Origin: an uncultured delta proteobacterium
GTDB lineage: Bacteria > Desulfobacterota > Binatia > UBA9968
Length of the DNA: 64,000 nucleotides
Direction: 5' to 3'
Assembly (NCBI GenBank): GCA_963816145.1
Contig: CAWFJP010000029.1
Span: forward strand, 192,001-256,000
Shown here: piece after piece, positions 28,810 through 38,524 of the stretch
Numbering within the stretch: the first letter of the stretch is position 1
Layout of the letters: each line of letters starts with the position of its first letter
Translations under genes and position numbers: made by a program
The notes under the pieces: generated by a model
Databases searched by the model: none
Told to the model about the DNA's origin: nothing
What the model saw: the letters and a program-made list of their open reading frames with translations, nothing else

Positions 28810-29694
28810 TTACGCTTTTTTCTTTGCTCTCGGCCCGAACGGCTCCGGTTGAAACGGGCCGTCGCGTTCTTGCAGGAAAGCGGCCAGGCCGCCTTTTTTC
28901 TTGGCGTCGTCCAGTCGTTTGTTGAATTCCTCGCGCTTGGTCAAACGCGCCATGGCGGCAAGTTCCGAGTTCAACGTCCAGGCTTTGCGCAGACCCATCA
29001 TCTCCAAACCCACCGTGGAGATTTGTAAATTGATCTTGACCGTTTCCGGCGAAATATGAGCAACGCGGTCGACGAAGTGAAAGCAGGTCTCGAGCAGCTG
29101 ATCCCTGGGCACCACTTCGTTGACCAAGCCTATGCGCAAGGCCTCTTGGGCGTCGACGTGATCGCCGGTGAGCGAGTAGCGCAGCGCGTTTTTGAAGCCG
29201 GCGAGCGCCACCCAGATGAAATCGGTGTTGGCGCCGTGGCGCACCTGCGGCTGGCCGAACACGGCGTCGTCGGCGGCGATGGTGATGTGGCAGGTGAGGG
29301 CGAGCCACGACGCCGCGCCGAAACACCAGCCACTGACCGCGCCGATGATCGGCTTGGGGTACTGCCAGCGATAGAGCTGACGGCCCAAGATATCTTTGCG
29401 GTCGGCGTCGCGGAATTTATTGTAGGCCGCGTTGAGCGAGGTGTTCTTCGGGATGCCGTATGGCCACTCGGTTTCCGGTTCGTCGCCGCTGATGTCTTCG
29501 CCGACCGAGAATGCGCCGCCCGCGCCGGTGAGGATCACCGCGCGAATTTCCGCGTCGTGTTCGGCTTCCGCCAGCGCCGCATCGAGTTCGTTCATCATGT
29601 CCTGGTTCATCGCATTGAGCGCATTGGGCCGGTTGAGCGTGATGAGCACGGCGTTGCGCTGCTTCTGATAAAGAATCGTTTGGTAGTCTGCCAT
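28810..29694 (-). CDS. Crotonase-fold (enoyl-CoA hydratase/isomerase family) protein, paralog 1
   Basis: ITLNRPNALNA, FSVGED, PKPIIGAVSG, FGQPQVRHG; C-terminal RDGPFQPEPFGPR. Confidence 0.9.
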   Translation of the reverse strand: MADYQTILYQKQRNAVLITLNRPNALNAMNQDMMNELDAALAEAEHDAEIRAVILTGAGGAFSVGEDISGDEPETEWPYGIPKNTSLNAAYNKFRDADRKDILGRQLYRWQYPKPIIGAVSGWCFGAASWLALTCHITIAADDAVFGQPQVRHGANTDFIWVALAGFKNALRYSLTGDHVDAQEALRIGLVNEVVPRDQLLETCFHFVDRVAHISPETVKINLQISTVGLEMMGLRKAWTLNSELAAMARLTKREEFNKRLDDAKKKGGLAAFLQERDGPFQPEPFGPRAKKKA

Positions 29695-29725
29695 GGGTTC
29701 CTCTCTGTCTAAATATCGTTGAGTT

Positions 29726-29800
29726 AAGGATGAAGGATGAGGGCGGAAGGATGACGATTGATTCATCCGCGCTTATTTCATCCCTCATCCATCATCCTTC
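29726..29800. repeat. Inverted array of 7-mer repeats (GGATGAA/TTCATCC)
   Basis: aggatga aggatga gggcgga aggatga ... ttcatcc ... ttcatcc ctcatcc atcatcc. Confidence 0.75.
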
Positions 29801-30676
29801 CGCCTTCTTCTTCGATCGCGGCCCAAACGGCTCGGGCTGAAACGGTCCGTCGCGCATTTGCAGATAATCGCGAATCCCTTTGTTGGCCCGGGCGTCGTCG
29901 AGCGGTTTGCGCAACTCCTCGCGCAACATCACATGGGCCGGCGCGGACAATTGACTGTCCAAAGTCAAAGCATCGCGCAAGCCCATCATGTCGAGCCCCA
30001 TGGTGGCGATTTGCAGATTGATCTTGACAGTCTCCGGCGGCACATGGGCGATGCGTTCGACGATCTTGAAACATTCGTCGATGAGCCGATCGGCCGGCAC
30101 GACTTTGACCACCAGACCGATGCGCAGCGCTTCCTGGGCGTCGATGTGGTCGCCGGTGAGGCCGTAGCGCAGGGCGTTCTTGTAGCCGCCGAGGAGCGTC
30201 CACATGAAGCTCGTGTTCGAGCCGTGGCGCACTTCGGGCTGGGCGAAGACAGCGGTCTCCGCCGCCAAAGTGATGTGGGTGAAGAGCGACAGCCAGGAGC
30301 CCGCGCCCATGGCCCAGCCGTTGATCGCGCCGATGATCGGCTTGCCGAACTCCCACATGCGGCGGAAGTTGCGCGGATCGACGCGCCAAGAGTCAATGAC
30401 TGCGGCGGCGGTCTCGCCGGTGACGATGCCGTAGGGCCAATGCAGGTCGCGGCGCCGTCCCGAGGCGTTGCCTTGGTCCATACCGGCGGAAAAGGCGCGG
30501 CCGGCGCCGGTCAGCACGACGGCACGCACTTCGGGATCCTGCTCGACATCGTCGAGGGCCTGATGAATTTCTTTGATCATGCTGCGGCTGATCGCGTTCA
30601 ACGCGTCCGGACGATTGAGCGTGATCAACACGCCGCCGCGTTGTTTCTCGTATAAGATTTCTTTGTAGTCGGGCAT
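29792..30676 (-). CDS. Crotonase-fold protein, paralog 2
   Basis: ITLNRPDALNA, FSAGMD, KPIIGAING, FAQPEVRHG. Confidence 0.92.
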   Translation of the reverse strand: MPDYKEILYEKQRGGVLITLNRPDALNAISRSMIKEIHQALDDVEQDPEVRAVVLTGAGRAFSAGMDQGNASGRRRDLHWPYGIVTGETAAAVIDSWRVDPRNFRRMWEFGKPIIGAINGWAMGAGSWLSLFTHITLAAETAVFAQPEVRHGSNTSFMWTLLGGYKNALRYGLTGDHIDAQEALRIGLVVKVVPADRLIDECFKIVERIAHVPPETVKINLQIATMGLDMMGLRDALTLDSQLSAPAHVMLREELRKPLDDARANKGIRDYLQMRDGPFQPEPFGPRSKKKAEG

Positions 30677-30695
30677 CTAAACTCCTTCGTCGTTT

Positions 30696-30790
30696 CGGTT
30701 CCAACTGTTTCACGAGGTTCCAATCGTTCCAATGGTTAACTCCGGAGCCCAACGACTGGAACCACTGGAACCTTTGGAACGGCTGGAACT
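30696..30790. repeat. Inverted array of 9-mer repeats (GTTCCAA/TGGAAC)
   Basis: ggttccaac...ggttccaat cgttccaat ... ctggaacca ctggaacct ttggaacgg ctggaacta; sister copy at 35190-35277. Confidence 0.8.
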
Positions 30791-31782
30791 ATCTTTTAGT
30801 CTTCCGTTCTTCCTCCAACTGTTTTAGGAAAGATAAATCCATCACATCGGCGCCGTTGATGTTCATCGTCGCCAGAGTGCGGTCGCTGGCGATCATGTTC
30901 TCCATCGCTTTCAACGTGACGATGGGCAGGCCGGGCGTTACCTGAGTATAGACCCGGCGGGTTTCATCGAGCTCCTCGACATTGTTCGACTTGTAAAATT
31001 CACCGAGATATTTGATCACCGCGTCTTTGTTTCTCTCATCGCGGTAAAAGTCCATGCCGTCGGCCAAGCCGCGCATGAAATTCATCACGGTCTCACGGTC
31101 GCTTTTGATAAACGAGCGCAGCGTCACCGGGCCGGCGACGACATATTCATAATCGCTCTTGGAAAAATCGACCCAGATCGGCAGCCCCATCTTGCGCGCG
31201 CGCAAAGTCACCGGTGGCTGGAATACCGACGCGTCGACATGGCCGCCGGCTAGCGCGGCCCAGCGCTCGCCTTGGGCGCCGATGCCAAGGATTGTCACTT
31301 CTTTGTCGCTGATACCCAACTGCTTCAAGGCGACCCGGGCGATGAAATCGGTGCTCGCCCCCAGCTGGCTGATGGCGATGCGTTTGCCTTTCAAGTCGCT
31401 GGGCTTCTTGATGTTGGGGTTGCTGACGAAGACATAATCGAGCTTATTGCCGGTGGCGCCCAACACGACCAAGTCTTTGGCGCCTTGGGCCCAAGCCAAG
31501 ATGACCCCGGCGCTGCCCTGTTGCAGTATCGTAACATCGCGCGAGATCAGCGCTTGCACGGCTTCGCGGCCGCCGCGCATGAAAGATCGGCAAGACCTTG
31601 AGACCGTGCTTCTCGAACGACCCCGAGCGCTGCGCCACCCAGAAGAAGCCGGTGGAACCGCCGAGGGCATAGGGGACGCGAATCTCTTTGAGCGGTTTGG
31701 CTTGGGCGGGTAAATTATTCGGACGAAGGACAACTGCGCCGATGAATATAAAGAATAATGAGGCAATGAGTTTCAATTTCAC
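30789..31782 (-). CDS. ABC substrate-binding protein, NMT1/SsuA family (one frameshift near 31585)
   Basis: N-terminus MKLKLIASLF...FEKHGLKVLPIF in one frame continues as MRGGREAVQAL...KKPSDLKGKRIAIS in another. Confidence 0.8.
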
Positions 31783-31802
31783 TCCGCTCCTGATCTTTGC
31801 CA

Positions 31803-31884
31803 GTCATACCGGCGCAAGCCGGTATCCATCTTGTTTTCTGGTTTGCCGGCAAGAACCCTGGATTCCGGCTTTCGCCGGAATGAC
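31803..31884. repeat. REP-like doublet family B (GTCAT.CCGGCG...GCCGG.ATGAC)
   Basis: gtcataccggcgcaagccggtatcca...tggattccggctttcgccggaatgac; copies at 36358 and 46584. Confidence 0.85.
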
Positions 31885-31917
31885 GACTGTGTGGCAGCCC
31901 GTGATGGGGAGTTCCAT

Positions 31918-32005
31918 TTCCCCCTTTGGAAAAGGGGGATCGAGGGGGATTTTTCTGTGCGAGATTTCAAAATCCCCCCTGGCCCCACTTTTTCAAAGGG
32001 GGGAA
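31918..32005. repeat. Palindromic element family C, empty form
   Basis: ccccctttggaaaagggggatcgagggggatttt - about 15 nt - aaaatcccccctggccccactttttcaaagggggg. Confidence 0.85.
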
Positions 32006-32023
32006 CAATTTGCAAAGTGACGC

Positions 32024-34196
32024 TCATTGAATCTCTACCACTGCGTCGACGGCGACCACGCCCTGGCCTTTGGGCAGGACGATCAGCGGATTGATGTCGA
32101 CGCCGTTGAGTTGATCGCCGAGACTTACAGCGAGATTGCGAGACGGCGACGATCGCTTCGCACAGGGCATCGACATCGCCGGCCGGTTTGCCGCGCACGC
32201 CACCGAGAATTTGAAAACCGCGCAATCGGGAGAGCATGTCGCGGGCTTGCCGGTGTGACAACGGCGGGATGCCGACGGCGATGTCTTTCAGCACTTCGAC
32301 CAGAATGCCGCCCAAACCGCATAGCACCACCGGGCCGAAGAGCGGATCGCGCTTGATGCCGAGGATCATTTCCACGCCTTCGCCGGCCATGCGCTGGACG
32401 ATGACGCCGTCGATTTTGGCATTTGGCACGCGGCTTGTGACCTTGCTTTGAATGTTGCTGAACGCCGTCACGAACTTCGCCGGCGTTCGTCAGTCGCAGC
32501 GCCACGCCGCCGACATCGCTTTTGTGGGTGATTTGCGCGGATTCGACCTTGAGAACAACCGGATAGCCCATTTTGTCAGCGGCGGCGGCAGCTTCGTCGG
32601 CGGCTTCGCGCCAGCACCGTCGGCGCCACAGGAATGTTGAATTCTTTGAACAGCGCAAACGCGGCTTCGGCGCCGAGAACTCCTGACGGCAGCTTGGCGT
32701 GCGCTTTCGGCCATGGAACGTCGCCGCCGCCGGTCAGGCGGGCTTTCTGAAAATCGTAGTAGTCGGCCAAGTTTCTGATCGTCGCCGTCGCGCATTCCGC
32801 GCCTTCCATGATCGGGATGCCGGCGCTACGCAACGGTTGGAGAATCTCCGGATCGACCGGACCGCCGACCACGGAACTGAAGGTGGCGATGGGCTTTTTG
32901 CTGGCGGCGGCGGCCTTTTCAATCGCCATCGTGAAACGGTTGCCGCTCTTGAGTTCTTTGGCCTCGGATCGTTGGCTTCGAGATTGATCGTGACGATGTC
33001 GATGTTGGCGTCGTCGACCAGACCTTGGAGCAGGCGCGGGAAAATCTTGTCGTCGTCGTACATGGCGCCGGTGCCGTCGAGCGGATTGTTCATGTTGCCG
33101 AAGTCGGCGACCGATTCTTGTAAATTGACTTTGGTCGCTTCGGTGAGTTCCGGAACGTCGACACCGACATTGGATGCGGCGTCGGAAACCAGCGTGCACT
33201 CACCGCCGGAGCCGCTGAGCACGCCGATGCGCCGGCCGCCGCGATATTTCTTGATAAAACCGTCGCAGGAAAAAACACTGACGCTGTCGATGAGTTCGTT
33301 GATACTGCGCACCGAGACGATGCCGCCTTGGCGAAACGCCGCGTCGACCACTTCGGCGGCACCGGCGAGCGAACCGGAGTGGGTCGCGGCAGCGCGCTTC
33401 GACACGTCGGAGCGGCCGCCTTTGAGAATAATCAGCGGCTTGTTCGCTTCGGCGGCTTTGCGCGCGACGGCGAGCAAGCGTTCCGGTTGTTTGAAGCCTT
33501 CGACGAACACCGCGATGACCGTGTGTTCGGCGTCTTCGACGAAGTAGTTCATGTACTCTTCGATGGTCGCGCCGGATTGATTGCCGCAGGAAATGATGTG
33601 GCTCAAGCCGACATGGCGGTTGAGCATGAGCGCGTTGGCAATCGTCGTGCTCAAGTCCGCCGCTCTGGGAGATCAAAGCCACCGAGCCGGTGATAAATCC
33701 CGGCGGTATCGTCGAGGCGAACAACGGCGCTTTGCCGTGGACGTTCAAGCACGCCGTAGCAGTTGGGGCCGCAGATAAGAAAGCCGCGCTCTTTCGACAA
33801 GGCTTCGAGCCGCGCCTGGCGGACTTTGCCTTCGCCGCCGATCTCGCCGAAGCCGGCGGCGAACACGACCGCCGCGCGCACGCCAGCGTTGGCAGCCGAT
33901 TCCAATAAGTCTGGCACATGACGATTCGGAACTGCCGAAACGATGCAATCCACCGGTTCGGGAATCGATGCGACGTCTGGATAGCAGGGATAGCCCATGA
34001 TCTCGGTATATTTGGGATTGACCGTGACGATGCGGCCGGTGAAACCGAAGTTGCGCAGGTTGCGGATCACCCGATTGCCACGCGGCTCGCGCGCCAGATT
34101 GGCGTCCGTGCCGCGCTGGGAAGCGCCGACGATGGCGACGGACTTGGGGGCGATCAGCGGCGTGAGGTCGCGCCAATCAATAGACTGTTTCGACAT
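32024..34196 (-). pseudogene. NDP-forming acyl-CoA synthetase (acetate--CoA ligase family) with multiple frameshifts (probably sequencing errors)
   Basis: Segments PKSVAIVGAS, ICGPNCYG, ISQSGG, ATHSGSLAG (phospho-His), NPLD, GYPVVLKV..THKSDVGGV, DPLFGP lie in successive frames. Confidence 0.82.
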
Positions 34197-34217
34197 AGGC
34201 AAGTCCTAATTGAGATT

Positions 34218-34296
34218 TGGAGTCCTGAAGTATTGGGGTTCGGAATCGGAACCATCACTCCAGAATACCGACACCCCATCACTCCATCACTCCATC
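34218..34296. repeat. Inverted array of 8-mer repeats (CATCACTC type)
   Basis: tggagtcc tgaagtat tgggg ... ccatcact ccagaata ... ccatcact ccatcact ccatc. Confidence 0.65.
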
Positions 34297-35170
34297 ATTT
34301 CTTCTTTGCCCGCGGTCCGAAAGGTTCGGGTTGGAACGGGCCGTCGCGTCTTTGCAGGTAGGCCTTCGTGCCTTCTTTGGCGCGCACTTCGTCGAGGGGA
34401 CGGCGGAACTCTTCGCGCAGCATCATATGCGCCGGGATCGACAAGGTTTCGTCCATGTGGAGCGCGTCACGCAGTCCCATCATTTGCAAACCCATGGTCG
34501 AGATCGCGAGATTGATTTTCACCGTCTCCGGCGGCACATGGGCGATGCGCTCGACGATCTTGAAACACTCGTCGATCAAATCATCGACCGGCACGACTTT
34601 GTTGACCAAACCGATGCGGTGCGCTTCCTTGGCATCGATGTGATCGCCGACCAGTCCGTAGCGCAGGGCGTTCTTGAATCCGGCAAGCAGTGTCCACATG
34701 AACGTCGTATTCGAACCGTGGCGCACTTCCGGTTGGGCGAAGACGGCGTCTTCGGCGGCGATGGTGATATGGGTGTAAAGCGCCAGCCAACAGCCGCCGC
34801 CCATGGCCCAGCCACGCACGGCGCCGATGACCGGCTTGGTCATTTCTAGAATTCGCACCAGATTCACGTCGTCGTGGGACCAGTAGTTCATTAGATCGGC
34901 GGCGCTCATGCCGCTCTGGATGCCGTAGGGCCATTGAATATCGCGGCGCCGGCCGCTCGACGGCGCCTGATCGAAGCCGGAGCTGAAGGCCCGCCCAGCG
35001 CCGGTGATAACGACGGCGCGGATCTCCGGGTCGGTCTCGGCCTGGTCCAAGGCGTCGTGGAATTCCTTCAGCATCGGCCGGGTGATCGCGTTAAGCGCTT
35101 CGGGCCGATTTAACGTAATCAGTACGCCGCCGCGTTGTTTCTGATAGATAATCTCTTTGTAGTCAGACAT
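34295..35170 (-). CDS. Crotonase-fold protein, paralog 3
   Basis: ITLNRPEALNA, FSSGFD, GGGCWLA, FAQPEVRHG, RDGPFQPEPFGPR. Confidence 0.92.
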   Translation of the reverse strand: MSDYKEIIYQKQRGGVLITLNRPEALNAITRPMLKEFHDALDQAETDPEIRAVVITGAGRAFSSGFDQAPSSGRRRDIQWPYGIQSGMSAADLMNYWSHDDVNLVRILEMTKPVIGAVRGWAMGGGCWLALYTHITIAAEDAVFAQPEVRHGSNTTFMWTLLAGFKNALRYGLVGDHIDAKEAHRIGLVNKVVPVDDLIDECFKIVERIAHVPPETVKINLAISTMGLQMMGLRDALHMDETLSIPAHMMLREEFRRPLDEVRAKEGTKAYLQRRDGPFQPEPFGPRAKKK

Positions 35171-35189
35171 TTTAATTCCTTCGTTTCAT

Positions 35190-35277
35190 TCGTTCCAAAC
35201 GTTCCAGTTGTTCCAATTGTTCGATTCGTGTCTGAAACGGTTGAAACCATTGGAACTATTGGAACGGCTGGAACTAT
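35190..35277. repeat. Inverted array of 9-mer repeats (GTTCCAA/TTGGAAC)
   Basis: cgttccaaa cgttccagt tgttccaat ... ttggaacta ttggaacgg ctggaacta. Confidence 0.8.
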
Positions 35278-35284
35278 CTTTTAT

Positions 35285-36352
35285 TCACCGGTATTCGCCT
35301 TCATACAAGTTCTTGAAGAAGCCGCTGGTTTCCAGTTCGCGGACGATGCTCTCGTCGAGGAACAGTTTGGCGTCGGCGCCCTTGGCTTTGGGGTCTTCGA
35401 TGCCGACGAAATCCAATGTCGTTTCCACGGCTTTGGGCGTGGCGTAGGGGATTTGGTTGTAAAACTTGGTGGCGAGCAGGTTGTACGACATTTCCAAATA
35501 CTTCACATCCTTTTCCTCGGCCGATTGGATGCGCAGCTTCTTTTGCATGACGGCGATGCTGTCGCGCCGATTCTTTTTGAAATAAGCCATCCCTTCGCAA
35601 TAGCCTTTGACGAAACGCAGCGCTTGATCCCGGTTACGTTTCAAGTAGCCGCGCGTGGTGTCGATGGAGTTCTGTAAGTAAATGATGTCCAGATCGACCG
35701 GATCGGCGAGCAGGCGATAGCCGCGTTCTTCGGCGAGGAAAAAGGTCGGCAGCGTCAGCACCGCGCCATCGATGGCGCGATTGTCCAGGCTGGCGAGGTT
35801 GGCCGGCGAAGAGCCGAGTTGAAGTATCTGCACCTCGTCATTGCGCATGTTCCATTTGCGCAGCATCAGTTGCAGCACCCAGTGGGACGCCGAGCCGAAG
35901 CGGGTCACGCCGATCTTCTTGCCCTTCAAGTCCGCTGGAGTTCTGATCTCCGAACGCACCATGAGGCGCTGCAAGCCGGTCTTCAACGGCGATACGGCTA
36001 AAACCGTATCGGCGCCCTTTAGAGCAGCGCGAATCACCGCGTCGCCGCCGCCTACCGAAAACTGGATTTCACCCGCGAGTAATGAGCTTACGACTCGAGA
36101 GGCGCCGCCGCCCATGACGATCACTTCAGGATCGATGCCGTATTTTTTGAACAAGCCCTTTTCTTCGGCGACCCACATGGCGCCCTGGGTGGCGCTCACC
36201 GAACTCAGGCCAACGCGCAGTCTTTCTTGGGCGTTGGCCGGTTGGATCGTCCAAAGGGCGACAACCGCCACAAAGAAAGTAGAAAAAAGTGAGTGGACCA
36301 TCGGTGACCTACTTGGCAAAGTTCGAAACCCGTTGCTTTCCGGTGAATTCAT
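35285..36352 (-). CDS. ABC substrate-binding protein, NMT1/SsuA family
   Basis: WVAEEKGLFKKYG, DLKGKKIGVTRFGS, DESIVRELETSGF; true start may be ATG 36301. Confidence 0.88.
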   Translation of the reverse strand: MNSPESNGFRTLPSRSPMVHSLFSTFFVAVVALWTIQPANAQERLRVGLSSVSATQGAMWVAEEKGLFKKYGIDPEVIVMGGGASRVVSSLLAGEIQFSVGGGDAVIRAALKGADTVLAVSPLKTGLQRLMVRSEIRTPADLKGKKIGVTRFGSASHWVLQLMLRKWNMRNDEVQILQLGSSPANLASLDNRAIDGAVLTLPTFFLAEERGYRLLADPVDLDIIYLQNSIDTTRGYLKRNRDQALRFVKGYCEGMAYFKKNRRDSIAVMQKKLRIQSAEEKDVKYLEMSYNLLATKFYNQIPYATPKAVETTLDFVGIEDPKAKGADAKLFLDESIVRELETSGFFKNLYEGEYR

Positions 36353-36357
36353 TATCC

Positions 36358-36439
36358 GTCATGCCGGCGCAGGCCGGCATCCATCTTTGCTTGTGCTGCA
36401 AGGCCAAAAAAGCTGGATTCCGGCCTGTGCCGAAATGAC
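36358..36439. repeat. REP-like doublet family B
   Basis: gtcatgccggcgcaggccggcatcca...tggattccggcctgtgccgaaatgac. Confidence 0.8.
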
Positions 36440-36531
36440 AACATTGGTTTCCAAACTGCACTCCTCTTAAGTAGTAGAAAGTGCGGTTGGGCGTCAAGGG
36501 AGCTGGCGAGAAAAACTACTTACTTCGCGCG

Positions 36532-37530
36532 CTATTTCCAAACGTTGTCGAGGAAACCGGATGATTTGAGCTCGTTGACGAAAGAATTGTCGTAGTAGGC
36601 GCTGGTCGGCGTCGATTGCGCGGACTTCGTATCGATCATGTTCAGCTGCGCCATGCGTTGCACCATCGATTGCACGACGTTGTCAGGCACCGCCGGGTCC
36701 CGGGCGAAATTATCGGTCACGTAGGCATAACTTTGGCGCAGCACCTCGGGGTCGGTGATGCCGAGGTATTTGCCGATGAGCCGCTTGGTGAAATCCTCGT
36801 TGGCACTGACGAATTTCGTAGCTTCCACGGTGGCTTTGATCAGCCGGACAACCAAATCCCGGTGCGTTGATGCGTAGGATCGTCTGGCGACGATGCCCTG
36901 GGATATGAATCCGCTTCCCAAGGCGCGCAAGTCTTTTGGCGATGCCAGTTCGCGATAACCTTCCTTGAGCAATCGAAATGTGTGGGGCGGCGAGAGCACC
37001 GCGCCGTCGATGGCGCCGCGGATGAGCGCGGCAACGGCTTCGGGGAAGCCGCCCATTTGGAGTGTGCTCACGTCTTTCAAATTATTCCGTTCGAGTAGCG
37101 TTCTGAGCGCGAAATCGGTGACCGAACCGAAGCGGGTGATGCCGATCTTCTTGCCTTGCAGCGAGCGAACATCGCGGATATCGGCGCGCACCATGAGCGA
37201 CTGGGTAAAGTAAGGCAGCAGTGCGGCAATCTGAATGATGTCGCCGCCGCTCAAAACATTGGTGATCACCGCCGGTCCACCGAAGGCGGCCAAGTTCGCC
37301 GAGCCTGACAACATGGACTGCACCATCACTGCGGATGCGCCGACATAAACCATATCGACGGCAAGGCCATGTTTTTCGAACAGCCTTGCCTCCTTGGCGA
37401 CGACGAAGGGGACGCTGTTGAGACCGAGCGGGCCGTAGGGGAAGGGAACTTTGGTCAGTTCTTGGGCGTGCGATTGCTGTTGGATGAGTAGTGCGGCGAC
37501 CAGGGTCGCGATGGCGACGAGTGGCTTCAT
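36532..37530 (-). CDS. ABC substrate-binding protein, NMT1/SsuA family
   Basis: Signal peptide MKPLVAIATL...AQ; LQGKKIGITRFGSVTD; DNSFVNELKSSGF. Confidence 0.88.
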   Translation of the reverse strand: MKPLVAIATLVAALLIQQQSHAQELTKVPFPYGPLGLNSVPFVVAKEARLFEKHGLAVDMVYVGASAVMVQSMLSGSANLAAFGGPAVITNVLSGGDIIQIAALLPYFTQSLMVRADIRDVRSLQGKKIGITRFGSVTDFALRTLLERNNLKDVSTLQMGGFPEAVAALIRGAIDGAVLSPPHTFRLLKEGYRELASPKDLRALGSGFISQGIVARRSYASTHRDLVVRLIKATVEATKFVSANEDFTKRLIGKYLGITDPEVLRQSYAYVTDNFARDPAVPDNVVQSMVQRMAQLNMIDTKSAQSTPTSAYYDNSFVNELKSSGFLDNVWK

Positions 37531-37659
37531 GACTCTTTTGATTGCATAGCGCGTCTCTGCGCTTGCGGTCAAGAAAATTTACCCGGTTCTTGCCAAGCGA
37601 ATTTGCTTCACATAATCATCGCGTAGACAGCTTTCGAGTTTCGTATCCGGAGGAAACTG

Positions 37660-38469
37660 ATGCCCAAGGTTAAAGTAAACGACATTGAACTTTACTACGA
37701 AGAACATGGCAGCGGCCGGCCGATGGTGTTTTTGAGCGAAACCGCCTGCGACGGTGAGGTGTGGAAGATCAATCAAGTCGTCGATTTTTCCAGGGATCAC
37801 CGAGTGATCACCTTCGACTATCGAGGCACCGGACAGTCGAGCAAACCGTCGATGGATTACACGACTAAAATGTTCTGTGACGATGTCATCGGCTTGATGG
37901 ATCGTCTCAACGCCGAAGAGGCCATCGTCGTCGGCCATTCCATGGGCGGCCGGGTCGCGCAGTTGATGGCGCTCGACCAGCCCAAGAAGGTGCACAAGCT
38001 GGTGCTGGCGTCCACCGGCGCCCATTATCCCCAAACCAAGGGCTTGCCGCTCAAAATCATGAAGGAAATGATCGAGTGGGGCTACGAGAAATACGAGCGG
38101 GATCACACCATCCTGGTGGGCTGGACCGATGATTACGTCAAGCAGCATCCGGAGAAGATCGAAGCTTATCTAAAGGTTCGCATGACCAACCTATGCCCTG
38201 TGGAGTTTTACCTGCGCCACCTGATCGCGCGTCAGTGCCATGACACGAGCCAAAGGTTGAAGGACATTAAACAGCCGACGCTGATCCTGGTCGGCGACGG
38301 TGACGTCAACATGACCAGCGAGATGAATCACCGCATGTCGACGGAAGTATTGGCGAAGGGGATTCCCAATTCTAAAGTCGTAATGTTAGCAAACGAGCGG
38401 CATAGTTATTTTTTCAGCAATCCCGATCGGGCGCATCAGGCGATCCGCGAGTTCATTCGTCAGGGGTAG
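37660..38469 (+). CDS. Alpha/beta fold hydrolase, paralog 1
   Basis: DYRGTGQS, GHSMGG nucleophile elbow, PTLILVG, C-terminal His (ERHSY). Confidence 0.92.
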   Translation: MPKVKVNDIELYYEEHGSGRPMVFLSETACDGEVWKINQVVDFSRDHRVITFDYRGTGQSSKPSMDYTTKMFCDDVIGLMDRLNAEEAIVVGHSMGGRVAQLMALDQPKKVHKLVLASTGAHYPQTKGLPLKIMKEMIEWGYEKYERDHTILVGWTDDYVKQHPEKIEAYLKVRMTNLCPVEFYLRHLIARQCHDTSQRLKDIKQPTLILVGDGDVNMTSEMNHRMSTEVLAKGIPNSKVVMLANERHSYFFSNPDRAHQAIREFIRQG

Positions 38470-38493
38470 GGGCGACCGGCCGATCGCCCTTAC
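38466..38493. repeat. GTAG-type REP-like hairpin
   Basis: gtaggggcgaccggccgatcgcccttac, overlapping the stop codon. Confidence 0.6.
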
Positions 38494-38524
38494 AGGCAAA
38501 GTCGCAAAGAAAGGGAAGGGCAAA

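Noticed and set aside
32024-34196. Programmed frameshifting in the CoA ligase
   Set aside because: Too many independent shifts and no consistent slippery sites; error or decay is more parsimonious.
30696-35277. GTTCCAA/TTGGAAC arrays as CRISPR repeats
   Set aside because: Units are about 9 nt, inverted, lack 30-40-nt unique spacers, and no cas genes are present.
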